Positions 49,220 to 58,492 of a stretch of 64,000 nt of DNA are shown one piece after another. Under the pieces are notes generated by a model, which was not told the origin of the DNA, did not search any database, and saw only the letters and a program-made list of their open reading frames with translations. Origin of the DNA: Deltaproteobacteria bacterium (GTDB lineage Bacteria > Myxococcota > Kuafuiibacteriia > Kuafuiibacteriales > Kuafuiibacteriaceae); NCBI GenBank assembly GCA_040218735.1, contig JAVJQW010000069.1:1-64000 (forward strand). The letters are read 5' to 3'. The number at the start of each line of letters is the position of its first letter. The stretch's first letter is position 1. The translations under genes and the position numbers were made by a program.

Positions 49220-52200
49220 TCCCCGAGTCGAACCGTATCGGCGAGCCGCCGCGGGGCGCTTGGGAAGCCCTGGTGGGTTGGTTCGTCGACAACAAGCTGA
49301 TCGTGTTCCTGCTCGTCGCCATGCTCGTGAGCGGCGGGATCTACGTGGCGCCGTTCTCCTTCGAGAGCGGGAGCTTCCCGCGAGACCCGGTGCCGGTGGA
49401 TGCGATCCCGGACATCGGCGAGAACCAACAGATCGTCTTTACGGAATGGCAGGGGCGGTCGCCGCGGGACGTCGAAGATCAGATCACCTACCCACTCACC
49501 ACCGCGCTCCTCGGGATCCCGGGCGTGCGCACCGTCCGAAGCTCCTCCGCATTCGGCTTCTCGACGATCTACGTCATCTTCGAGGACGACATCGAGTTCT
49601 ACTGGTCGCGTTCGCGCGTGCTCGAGAAGCTCGCGTCGCTACCCCCGGGGACCGTGCCGGATGGAGTCACCCCCACGCTCGGGCCAGACGCCACGGCCCT
49701 GGGACAGATCTTCTGGTACACGCTCGAAGGTCGGGACTCCGAGGGACGCACCGTCGGCGGCTGGGACCCCGATGAGTTGCGCAGCATCCAGGACTGGAGT
49801 GTTCGCTACGCGCTGCAGTCGGTCGAAGGTGTTAGTGAAGTCGCGTCGATCGGTGGGTTCGTCCGTGAGTACCAGGTCGACGTGGATCCGGAGGCGATGC
49901 GTGCCCACGACGTGAGCCTCGAGCAGGTCGCCAACGCCGTCCGTAAGAGCAACCTCGACGTCGGCGCGCGGACGCTCGAGGTCAACGGCGTCGAATACAT
50001 CGTCCGCGGGCTCGGGTTCGTGAAAAACCTCGACGATCTCGAGGCCACCGTGGTGGTCGCGCGCGAACACACGCCGATCCGTATCCGCGACGTGGGCCGG
50101 GTCTCGGTCGGACCGGCGCTCCGCCGGGGGGCGCTGGACGACGAAGGTGCGCCTGCCGTCGGTGGGGTGGTGGTCGCTCGGTACCTCGAGAACCCGCTCA
50201 TCGTCATCTCCGCGGTGAAGGACAAGATCGCGCAGATCCAAGCGGGTCTTCCGAGCCGAACCCTCGAGGACGGGACCGTCAGCAAGGTTACGATCGTCCC
50301 CTTCTACGATCGGACGACGCTCATCGAAGAGACGCTGGGCACGCTGTCGACGGCGCTCTACCAGCAGATCCTCATCACGATCATTGTCGTGCTGATCATG
50401 CTGAGAAACCTGCGCAGCTCGATGCTGATGTCGTTGATGCTGCCCCTAGGCGTGCTCGCTGCCTTCGTTGTGATGAAGGTCTCGGGCGTGGACGCCAACA
50501 TCATGGCGCTCGGAGGCATCGCGATCGCGATCGGGACGATGGTCGACATAGGCATCGTGTTTGTCGAGAACATCAACCAGCATCTCGACGAAGCGCCGCC
50601 GGACGCGCCGCGCGCGGTCGTGGTGCGTCGGGCCGCCGCCGAGGTCGCCCCGGCGGTGATGACCTCGGTGCTCACCACTGTGGTGAGCTTCCTGCCGGTC
50701 TTCGGGTTATCGTCGACCGAGCTGAGGCTCTTCGCGCCGCTGGCGTTCACCAAGACGTTCGCGATGAGCGGTTCGCTCGTGTTGGCGGTGTTGGTGCTCC
50801 CGGGGGCGGCGCTTGTCGTCTTCCGGGCGCGACCTACGGCGCCCACGACGACCGCTTCGGGGGCCCGTCGGGTCGCGCGTTCGTTCCTCCGGGCGGAGCA
50901 CCTCCGCGACTGGGCGCTCCTGGCGCTCGGCCTCGCGCTCGCGCGGTACACGCTGCTCGGCGGGCTCTTCGTCGCGCTGCTCGGCGCCTACCGGCTCGCG
51001 CGGCCGCTCCTGACCACCGCCGTGAATCGTCGGATGATGCTCGCCGAGAACGTCGTCGCGGTCGTGGTCGTGACGCTGCTCCTCGCCCAGGATTGGCTCC
51101 CGCTCGGACGCAGCGAGGGGCTCGTCGCCAACATCCTGTTCGTCGGCGTGCTCATCGCCGCTGTCATGGCCTCGTTCCGCTTCTTCGAGTCGGTGTACCC
51201 GAAGCTCCTCGCGGGGATCCTGCGGAAGAAGGCGCTGTTCCTCATGTTCCCCGCCGGGGTCTTCCTGTTCGGTACGACGGCGTGGCTAGGCTTCGACGAC
51301 GTGTTCGGCTTCCTCCCTCGCGGCGTACGCAACACTCGGCCGGTGGCGGCGGTGGCGCACGCGTTTCCCGGCTTCGGCCGCGAGTACATGCCGGCGTTCG
51401 ACGAGGGCGCGTATCTGTACATGCCGACGACAATGCCGCACGCGTCGATCGGCGAGGTGCTCGAGATGCTCTCCGCGATGGACGCCGCCATCGCGCAGAT
51501 CCCCGAGATCGATCGCGTCGTCGGCAAGCTCGGGCGCGTCGACAGCGCGCTCGACCCGGCGCCGGTCTCGATGATCGAGACGGTGGTCACCTACAAGCCG
51601 GAGTACCGAGAAGGCGAGGACGGCGAGCGGGTTCGGCAGTGGCGCGACCACATCCGGACGCCGCGCGATATCTGGCGCGAGATCGTGCGTGCGGCGGAGC
51701 GGCCCGGGGTCACGAGCGCGCCGACGCTCATGCCGATCAACGCGCGCATCGTCATGCTCCAGAGCGGGATGCGCGCGCCGATGGGGATCAAGGTCTACGG
51801 TCCGAGCCTTGAGTCCATCGAAGCCTTCGGCCTGCGCCTCGAGGACGTCCTCGAGACGGTGCCTTCGGTCAGGCCCGAGACGGTGTTCGCCGATCGCGTC
51901 GTCGGCAAGCCGTACGTCGAGATCGAGCTGGATCGCGAAGCCATCGGTCGCTACGGGCTCACGATAGTCGACGTCCAGAACGTGCTGCAGGTCGCGCTCG
52001 GAGGCATGACGCTCACGCGCACCGTCGAGGGCCGCGAGCGCTATCCGGTGCGCGTTCGCTACATGCGGGAGGAGCGCGACAACCTCGAAGCACTCGATCG
52101 GGTGTTCGTCCCGACGCCGAGCGGAGAGCAGATTCCGCTCTCGCAGCTCGCCGAAGCGCACTACGTCCGCGGACCTCAGGTCATCAAGTCGGAGGACACG

Positions 52201-52968
52201 TTCCTGACCAGCTACGTGCTCTTCGATCGGCAGCCGGAGGTGGCCGAGGTCGACGTCGTCGAGCAGGCGCAGCAGATCATCCAGAGCAAGATCGACAGCG
52301 GAGAACTCGTCGTTCCGGCCGGAGTCAGCTTCGAGTTCTCCGGCTCCTACGAGAACCAGGTGCGCAGCGAGAAGCGCCTGATGGTGCTCATCCCCGTCGC
52401 GCTCGCGCTCGTGTTCATCCTGCTCTACCTGCAATTCCACCGCGTCTCGACAAGCGTGATCATCTACACGGGCGTCGCCGTGTCGGTCTCCGGGGGCTTC
52501 GCGCTCCTGTGGCTCTACGGGCAGCCGTGGTTCCTCGACTTCGCGATCCTGGGGACGCCGGTGCGCGACCTCTTCCAGGTCGGCACGGTGAACATGTCCG
52601 TGGCGGTCTGGATCGGCTTCATCGCGCTGATCGGCATCGCGACCGACGACGGCGTGGTGATGTCGACGTACTTGAAGCAGCGCTTCGAGCGGGAGCCGCC
52701 CGCGAGCGTGGACGAGGTTCGCGCGCGCACGCTCGAGGCCGGTTCGCGGCGCGTGCGACCCTGCCTCATGACCACGGCGACCACGATCCTCGCGCTGCTG
52801 CCCGTCATCACGTCGCAGGGGAGGGGCGCGGACATCATGGTGCCGATGGCGTTGCCCTCCGTGGGCGGGATGGCCATCGAGCTCGTGACGCTGTTCGTCG
52901 TCCCCGTACTGTACTGTGTGCTCGAGGAGCGGAAGGTGAAGCGACAGCTCGGCGCCACCACCCGCTAG
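49216..52968 (+). CDS. cusA: Cu/Ag RND permease (CusA/SilA family)
   Basis: VDAIPDIGENQQIVFTEW, LGPDATALG, GTMVD, YMPTTMP, RVRPCLMT; start TTG 49216 overlapping cusB stop. Confidence 0.93.
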   Translation: MIPESNRIGEPPRGAWEALVGWFVDNKLIVFLLVAMLVSGGIYVAPFSFESGSFPRDPVPVDAIPDIGENQQIVFTEWQGRSPRDVEDQITYPLTTALLGIPGVRTVRSSSAFGFSTIYVIFEDDIEFYWSRSRVLEKLASLPPGTVPDGVTPTLGPDATALGQIFWYTLEGRDSEGRTVGGWDPDELRSIQDWSVRYALQSVEGVSEVASIGGFVREYQVDVDPEAMRAHDVSLEQVANAVRKSNLDVGARTLEVNGVEYIVRGLGFVKNLDDLEATVVVAREHTPIRIRDVGRVSVGPALRRGALDDEGAPAVGGVVVARYLENPLIVISAVKDKIAQIQAGLPSRTLEDGTVSKVTIVPFYDRTTLIEETLGTLSTALYQQILITIIVVLIMLRNLRSSMLMSLMLPLGVLAAFVVMKVSGVDANIMALGGIAIAIGTMVDIGIVFVENINQHLDEAPPDAPRAVVVRRAAAEVAPAVMTSVLTTVVSFLPVFGLSSTELRLFAPLAFTKTFAMSGSLVLAVLVLPGAALVVFRARPTAPTTTASGARRVARSFLRAEHLRDWALLALGLALARYTLLGGLFVALLGAYRLARPLLTTAVNRRMMLAENVVAVVVVTLLLAQDWLPLGRSEGLVANILFVGVLIAAVMASFRFFESVYPKLLAGILRKKALFLMFPAGVFLFGTTAWLGFDDVFGFLPRGVRNTRPVAAVAHAFPGFGREYMPAFDEGAYLYMPTTMPHASIGEVLEMLSAMDAAIAQIPEIDRVVGKLGRVDSALDPAPVSMIETVVTYKPEYREGEDGERVRQWRDHIRTPRDIWREIVRAAERPGVTSAPTLMPINARIVMLQSGMRAPMGIKVYGPSLESIEAFGLRLEDVLETVPSVRPETVFADRVVGKPYVEIELDREAIGRYGLTIVDVQNVLQVALGGMTLTRTVEGRERYPVRVRYMREERDNLEALDRVFVPTPSGEQIPLSQLAEAHYVRGPQVIKSEDTFLTSYVLFDRQPEVAEVDVVEQAQQIIQSKIDSGELVVPAGVSFEFSGSYENQVRSEKRLMVLIPVALALVFILLYLQFHRVSTSVIIYTGVAVSVSGGFALLWLYGQPWFLDFAILGTPVRDLFQVGTVNMSVAVWIGFIALIGIATDDGVVMSTYLKQRFEREPPASVDEVRARTLEAGSRRVRPCLMTTATTILALLPVITSQGRGADIMVPMALPSVGGMAIELVTLFVVPVLYCVLEERKVKRQLGATTR

Positions 52969-53075
52969 TGTTCCGCCTGATTAGTCCAGCATGAACGCGC
53001 CCTTCCTTACCTCCTCCCAGGAGATGCTCCGTTGATCGGCCTCGCGAGTCGGTCGCAGGTCTTCGCGTACGGGGG
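52965..53075. mobile_element. IS630-like end followed by a possible IS66 tnpB 5' scrap
   Basis: CTAGTGTTCCGCCTGATTAGT...CATGAAC matches the end at 34636; then MIGLASRSQVFAYG (weak similarity to IS66 orfB starts). Confidence 0.45.
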
Positions 53076-53268
53076 TGCGTGCGCGAACGTTTCATCGCCC
53101 GATCGAAGGTCCACGCGCTCGGCGGCGTCACACCAACCCGCGCGGCCAACATCCCAACGGACAAAGTTGAACACGAAATCCACTGTGCCACGGCGCGTCG
53201 ACGCTCGCCTGAGGCATTCCTGAGAACCCGCTCAGTTCGCGATTGCGGTCCGTCGCGCAGCGCCATCT

Positions 53269-53710
53269 TCACCGACGGCGACAGAAGCAGTACACGAACG
53301 ATTGCGTCGCGCCCCACGGCGTCTGATGTTGTTCGTTTGCCTCGCCGACCTTTTCGAACACGTCGCCGAACGTCGCGTGGATCCCTTGCGCGTCGTACCG
53401 CGCCACCGGCAGCCCGCTGCAGCGCTCGGGCCCGTCGAGCCCAAACGTCGCGACCATCACGTGTCCTCCTGGCTTCACCGCTCGGTGGACCTGCGCCAAG
53501 TACGCCGCGCGGGGCGAGGCCGCGGTGAGGAAGTGGAACACGGCTCGGTCGTGCCAGAAGTCCACCGAGTCAGGCGCCAGCAGCTCGGTCGTCACGTCGC
53601 CGATGATCCAGTCGACATCCGCCGCGCGGTTGGCGAGTCGTTCCTGCGCCGATGCGAGCGCCGGTTCGGCGAGGTCGACGACCGCCACGTTGCGAAAGCC
53701 CGCGGCACCG
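53269..53710 (-). pseudogene. 5'-truncated class I SAM-dependent methyltransferase
   Basis: GFRNVAVVDL...WHDRAVFHFL...KPGG...GPERCSGL; N-terminal SAM-binding motif I absent. Confidence 0.75.
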
Positions 53711-53770
53711 CCGCTTCAGCGGAAGCTCGAATGCAACCGCGCAAGCCGTTCTCAGGGAGCTGCTGCCGTA

Positions 53771-54332
53771 ATGCGTGTGATCGTCGCCGGCAGCCGCACC
53801 GCAACGGAGGCGCAGGTGAACGAAGCCTTGGGTCGGTGCCCATGGATCGGGTTCGCGACCGCCATCGTCTCGGGCACGGCCCGAGGAGCGGACCAGTTCG
53901 GCGAGCTGTGGGCGACCGAGCGCCGCCTGCACATCATTCGGTTTCCGGCGGACTGGAAAACGCGCGGGAACGATTCGCAACCGGCGGATGGCAGAGAACG
54001 CCGATGCACTGGTAGCGGTCTGGGATGGCGAGAGCCGCGGCACACGAAGCATGATCGAGCTCGCCCAACACTACGGTCTGCGCGTCCTCGTTCTTCGAAC
54101 CGACACCGACGAAACCGAGGACACCGCTCCAAGCGGCGACCTTGAGGATCCATGGGATGAGGCCGAGGAACGCGCGAGCATCCTCGAGTTCTGCGCGATG
54201 CTCCCGCGAGCGGAGGCAGAGTTCAGCGCGGGGACGCGAGCAGCAGAGCGCCGATGGCGGGGCGCCGACCGGGCGGCCGAGCGCACTCGAGCAGATCGTC
54301 AGTCACCAAAAAGCGTGCGCGAGCCCGCCTAG
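53771..54332 (+). pseudogene. Frameshifted SLOG/YspA-like (DUF2493) protein
   Basis: MRVIVAGSR...VSGTARGAD...FPADW in one frame; IRNRRMAENADALVAVWDGESRGT in another; break near 53970. Confidence 0.75.
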
Positions 54333-54351
54333 GCGTCGCCTACTCGCACAT

Positions 54352-54567
54352 TGCTCGACCTCTCGCCCGACCAGATGCTGGCGCTCGTGCGAGCTCAGGC
54401 CGCCGCGCTGCGTAGGCCGCCACGCACTTTCGACGACATCCTCGGCGGCCTCGGCAAGTCGGCGCCCTCTTTCGCCGCTGAGCTCAGGAACGCCACAGAA
54501 CGCGTCAAATGGGTCGTTCTGGCGCAAATAAGTCTTTTCATACAAGAAGGTGGGCATAGGGGTATAT
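54352..54567 (+). repeat. Direct repeat copy 2: orphan PIN 3' fragment plus site B and -10-like box
   Basis: Homologous to 22990-23202. Confidence 0.85.
54518..54545. mobile_element. Candidate recombination site B
   Basis: TCTGGCGCAAA-TAAGTC-TTTTCATACAA; shares AAATAAGTCTTTTCRTACA with site A. Confidence 0.6.
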
Positions 54568-54635
54568 GCGATGCATCGTGCATGGGGGCGCTTTGGCTGT
54601 TGCTTACAGGAGGCATGGTCTGTAGATTACAGACC

Positions 54636-56078
54636 ATGGCCAAATGGATCCGTCAGTCGCAGGCGTCATCCACTTCGAAGACATCGCAGCGGCGCGTGGA
54701 GTACCTCTCCGAGTTGACGTCCGAAATCGACGAACTGCTCCTCGCGCACCATCGCTCGCGTCCCGACGCGGAGGACTACACATTGGAGGTGCTACAGCGC
54801 CTCGGTCGCGAGCGACTCGTCGGTATCCGGGGAGAGGGGCGACTCGATCGGACGAAGCAGGACGTCGGTCTCCTCGTTGCCATTAGGCTGTCGCACGTCT
54901 TTGGGTCCAACAACGTTCTCACGTACCGTGAGAATAACGGGAAGAGAGTCTCGACTCGAGCTGCTCGTCGGGCCGGTCTTGAATGGGTCTCGCGATACAC
55001 CCCTCATCGTGTCGTCCGCCGCTTGCAGACCCCGAGAGTAGTCCTAGATGCGAACATCACTCGGTACCTCATTCAAGGGAGTACGAACCCAGAGAATATC
55101 CTCGATCTTACCCATCTAGGGCTTGTGCGCGGTCGACATCCCGTCTCGATTGCTGATGCCGCTTGGGCTGAGATCCTCGCCGCGCTTGTTCGTGGCAGCA
55201 TTGGTCTCGACGACTGGAGGGCGAGGATCGGTGCGCTCGATGCGGTGTTGTGTTCTGAGCTACCTATTGTGCCGACGGGTCGAGAGTTGGCACACCTTAG
55301 CGGCCTCATTCCGATGCCGGGTTACGATCCGATTGAGAGCTCGGCGTTCTACGCCGCTGCCTGGCGGTTTACCGCCGATGCTCAGTCGCTCGACGATTTA
55401 CGTGCCAGACGCATCTATGAAGCCAGGGATGGGCGCCAATTCGAGATCCAGCTAGACCTTGATCGACCCCGTATTGAGCTCGCAGAGCGTGGCCGCGGAT
55501 GGGCAGGATGGGTTGAACGTATCGCTGCAGCGTTCAGTGGATCCATTTCACTGGAAGAAGCCCAAGCACTTGTGCGCGAGAATCTCCTCAAGGACATGCC
55601 CGAGTCCGCTGTCGACCGGCTGGCCGGTCTTACTGATGCTGTCGGATACTACGCGACTCGGATCGCCACCAAGGAGTACGAACCGAGCGATAACGACGCC
55701 GTTGATCTCGACGTTCTCTTCGCACTCGCGATGCCAGGCATTGTTTGCACGAGCGACAGGCGGCTGCGAAATCTGTTGAAGCACGCGGAATCGTCAGACG
55801 CCTGGCGGGTAATGTCTCCGTCGGAGCTGATTAGCTGGCTGAAGGAGCGCAGAGAGCAACTTTGCCCGACCTGCGGTGCAGAACTGAGAAGAAGGGCCGT
55901 GCGCGAACTGGCGATGCCAGACGACGACGCCACTGAAGGCCAGTTTGCGGACTGGATCGGTGCCACAGAGAGTGGGGACTTCGGAGAGTGGGCCGTCGAG
56001 TACGAGGAGCTATTCTGTCCACGATGTGAGTCGCCGATGATGCGAGCACTGCGAACGATGACAGGCGCGCGTCGGTAA
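54636..56078 (+). CDS. Divergent PIN-like protein with C-terminal Zn ribbon
   Basis: VVLDANIT, AWAEI, NDAVDLD, VCTSDRRL; CPTC...CPRC; start ATG 54615 or 54636. Confidence 0.65.
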   Translation: MAKWIRQSQASSTSKTSQRRVEYLSELTSEIDELLLAHHRSRPDAEDYTLEVLQRLGRERLVGIRGEGRLDRTKQDVGLLVAIRLSHVFGSNNVLTYRENNGKRVSTRAARRAGLEWVSRYTPHRVVRRLQTPRVVLDANITRYLIQGSTNPENILDLTHLGLVRGRHPVSIADAAWAEILAALVRGSIGLDDWRARIGALDAVLCSELPIVPTGRELAHLSGLIPMPGYDPIESSAFYAAAWRFTADAQSLDDLRARRIYEARDGRQFEIQLDLDRPRIELAERGRGWAGWVERIAAAFSGSISLEEAQALVRENLLKDMPESAVDRLAGLTDAVGYYATRIATKEYEPSDNDAVDLDVLFALAMPGIVCTSDRRLRNLLKHAESSDAWRVMSPSELISWLKERREQLCPTCGAELRRRAVRELAMPDDDATEGQFADWIGATESGDFGEWAVEYEELFCPRCESPMMRALRTMTGARR

Positions 56079-56090
56079 CGGTTCGAAGAT

Positions 56091-56125
56091 CTGACTATCG
56101 ATAATGGTATCTTATCGATAGTCAG
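56091..56125. mobile_element. Perfect 14-7-14 palindrome, lox/res-like site (E)
   Basis: CTGACTATCGATAA-TGGTATC-TTATCGATAGTCAG. Confidence 0.65.
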
Positions 56126-57429
56126 GTGCGTTTCGCTCCGTCTCGCTCAGAGTCCGGTCGCCACTCAGCGCGAGACTCGAGGTAGTTCAAGCCCACGGAA
56201 ACTCCGCGCGCATTGGCGCACATCTTCGAGTAGCCACGAAGAAGGCTGTGGCGGAATCGGTACCAGCTCCTCCGACTGCTGATGAGCGCTGGTCCATGAG
56301 CCGCCTTCTTAAGCTGATTCAAAGCAAACGAGAACTTCTTCCGCGGTAGGGCTTCGACTTCGAGGTCTGAGCAAATGCGAACGTATGCTGGGTACATGTG
56401 CTCCGTGGAACGCTCTAGCTCCCAGTGATCTGCAACGGACCAAAGGACTGGTTCATACCGATCCTTGTACTTCTGAACTGCATTGTCATAGGCCGATTTC
56501 AGCCAAGCCTCGGAGTCCTCGATCGCATCGATCAAGCCAGCCTCGTAGTCCTGAACGCCAATCTTCGGATCTGCATCGGATTCCCTGAGGAGTTTGCGAA
56601 TTACAGTTTTGAGGCCGATGAGGTGCGCGTAGTGCGCGAAGCCGTCGGAGATGCATGCGATTCGAAATGCAATATCTCGCGACATGCTGAAGCCAAGTCG
56701 GGCAACCCCCTGGACGAGAATGTCGTGTATTGCGTCAAGTGGGAGTCGCTCGAGTTTGATGGTGGCCATGTAGCGCGAAGCGGACTCGTGGTGGTCAAGG
56801 AGCTCGTCCACCGTATCCCCGATGCCTACGAAGATGAACTTTATGGGGCAATCGCGGTCCCCGAGTTGCTTAAGAAGAAACGCGATGTCTCGTCTCACAT
56901 CGGTGGATTGGACGCGGTCCAACTCGTCGACCACGACAACGGTCCGTTCCGAGGCGGGTGCGCGCGAGGCGATTTCGTTGAGCAAGTCCACCGCATCGTT
57001 GACATCGATCTCGTGCGGCACATTGCCCGGTTCGGTCTCGATGCGGTGAAGGAGCGAAGCTCCGAACGCGCTGGCTTTTGCTTCTGTGGTGTGTCGAAGG
57101 CGGCGTGTCGAATATATTGGCAGCCCGAGGAGACGTCGCGCGATCTGAGAGACAAGTCGTGGAAACGAGATCGTGGGGTGGCAGCTGATGAGGATTGGAT
57201 CGGAGTCGGAGGAGTTGAACAGGTACGCGGAGGTCTGAGCCAGGGACGTCTTTCCGACTCCGCGCTCTCCGAACATGAAGACGGATCGGCCGGGCGTATC
57301 AAGGCTTTCAAGGGTCCGTTCTACTTGTCGATCACGACCGTACAGGAGTTCGCGCTCTTTCACCGGTTGGGATGGACGGAATATGCGTGCCGCAAGATTC
57401 TTGGTTGCTTCATCCACGGTGCCCACCAC
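56122..57429 (-). CDS. AAA+ ATPase (Orc1/Cdc6- or STAND-like) with C-terminal winged helix
   Basis: LYGRD, GERGVGKTS, VVVVDELD, FIFVG, SDGFAHYAH; start likely GTG at 57417-57429. Confidence 0.85.
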   Translation of the reverse strand: MVGTVDEATKNLAARIFRPSQPVKERELLYGRDRQVERTLESLDTPGRSVFMFGERGVGKTSLAQTSAYLFNSSDSDPILISCHPTISFPRLVSQIARRLLGLPIYSTRRLRHTTEAKASAFGASLLHRIETEPGNVPHEIDVNDAVDLLNEIASRAPASERTVVVVDELDRVQSTDVRRDIAFLLKQLGDRDCPIKFIFVGIGDTVDELLDHHESASRYMATIKLERLPLDAIHDILVQGVARLGFSMSRDIAFRIACISDGFAHYAHLIGLKTVIRKLLRESDADPKIGVQDYEAGLIDAIEDSEAWLKSAYDNAVQKYKDRYEPVLWSVADHWELERSTEHMYPAYVRICSDLEVEALPRKKFSFALNQLKKAAHGPALISSRRSWYRFRHSLLRGYSKMCANARGVSVGLNYLESRAEWRPDSERDGAKRT

Positions 57430-57458
57430 GCTATCGATAAGGGGGCGCTTTCGATAGC
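57430..57458. mobile_element. Imperfect 11-7-11 palindrome (F), same arm as site E
   Basis: GCTATCGATAA-GGGGGCG-CTTTCGATAGC, 45 bp upstream of the recombinase. Confidence 0.6.
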
Positions 57459-57503
57459 CAAAAACTGGACGGGCGCCCTGCCCTGCCGCTTCATCGGGGT
57501 GCG

Positions 57504-58490
57504 ATGCCACCCCACGAAAGCCAGTTCCCCTCCTCTGCCCTCGTCCTCGACGGCTCCGAGCTCGCGCTCGCCGAGCTACTCGAGGACGTGCAGCGGTACG
57601 CGCAGGCCGGGACCACAGAGGGGACGAAGGCGGCCTACGGACGGTACTGGAAGGGCTTCATCGCGTGGGCGGATGCCCACGACGCCCAGCCGCTGCCCGC
57701 CGCGCCCCAGACCGTCGCCCTCTTTCTGGCCGAGCTCGCGAACCGCGGGCTCGCCGCGGCGACGCTGGACTTCGCGCTGGTCGCCATAAGTCGCGCGCAC
57801 AAGCGCGCCGGCTTCGACTCGCCGACGTCGTCCGCCGTCTTGAGCGAGGTCCGCAAGGGCATTCGGCGCCAGATCGGTACCGCCCAGGACCAGAAGGCTG
57901 CGCTCCTGATCGAAGATCTCCGTCGGATGATCGAAGCCCTCCCCTCCGGTCTCCAAGGCACCCGCGATCGCGCGCTCCTCCTCGTTGGTTTCGCCGGTGC
58001 CTTCCGGCGCTCTGAGCTCGTCGCGCTCAAGGTCGGCGACGTCGAGATCGTCTCCCAGGGTATGCGGGTGCACATCCGCCGTTCGAAGACGGACCAAGAG
58101 GCCGCTGGGCGAATCATCGGCATCCCGAACGGCCGCGCTGAGCTGACGTGCCCGGTGCAGGCGCTAACGCAGTGGCTGCAGGAGGCCCGGATCCATGAGG
58201 GGCCGATCTTCCGCGGCATCGATCGCCATGGGCGCATGAAGCCGAAAGGACTGACGCCGCAGTCCGTGGCGCTCGTCGTGAAGAAGGCGGCGAAGCGCGT
58301 TGGTCTCGACCCAAAGCGCTTCGCGGGGCACTCCTTACGCTCCGGGCTTGCGACTTCGGCGGCGCGCGCTGGTGTCCAGGATCGCGTCATCGCGCAGCAA
58401 ACGGGGCATCGTTCGATGAAGGTGCTGGGGCGCTACATTCGCGAAGGCAAGCTGTTCGAGGAGAACGCCGCCGGCGAGGTGGGCTTGTAG
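57504..58490 (+). CDS. Cre-like tyrosine recombinase
   Basis: RDRALLLVGFAGAFRRSEL, RSKTDQ, AGHSLRSG, TGHRS...RYIR. Confidence 0.94.
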   Translation: MPPHESQFPSSALVLDGSELALAELLEDVQRYAQAGTTEGTKAAYGRYWKGFIAWADAHDAQPLPAAPQTVALFLAELANRGLAAATLDFALVAISRAHKRAGFDSPTSSAVLSEVRKGIRRQIGTAQDQKAALLIEDLRRMIEALPSGLQGTRDRALLLVGFAGAFRRSELVALKVGDVEIVSQGMRVHIRRSKTDQEAAGRIIGIPNGRAELTCPVQALTQWLQEARIHEGPIFRGIDRHGRMKPKGLTPQSVALVVKKAAKRVGLDPKRFAGHSLRSGLATSAARAGVQDRVIAQQTGHRSMKVLGRYIREGKLFEENAAGEVGL

Positions 58491-58492
58491 GC

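Noticed and set aside
54351-54635. Apparent fusion of the PIN fragment to the downstream PIN-like gene (575-aa ORF)
   Set aside because: Frame passes through site B and promoter-like DNA; better ATG starts exist at 54615 and 54636.
56425-57789. 454-aa plus-strand ORF
   Set aside because: Antisense to the AAA ATPase, which has clear Walker motifs.
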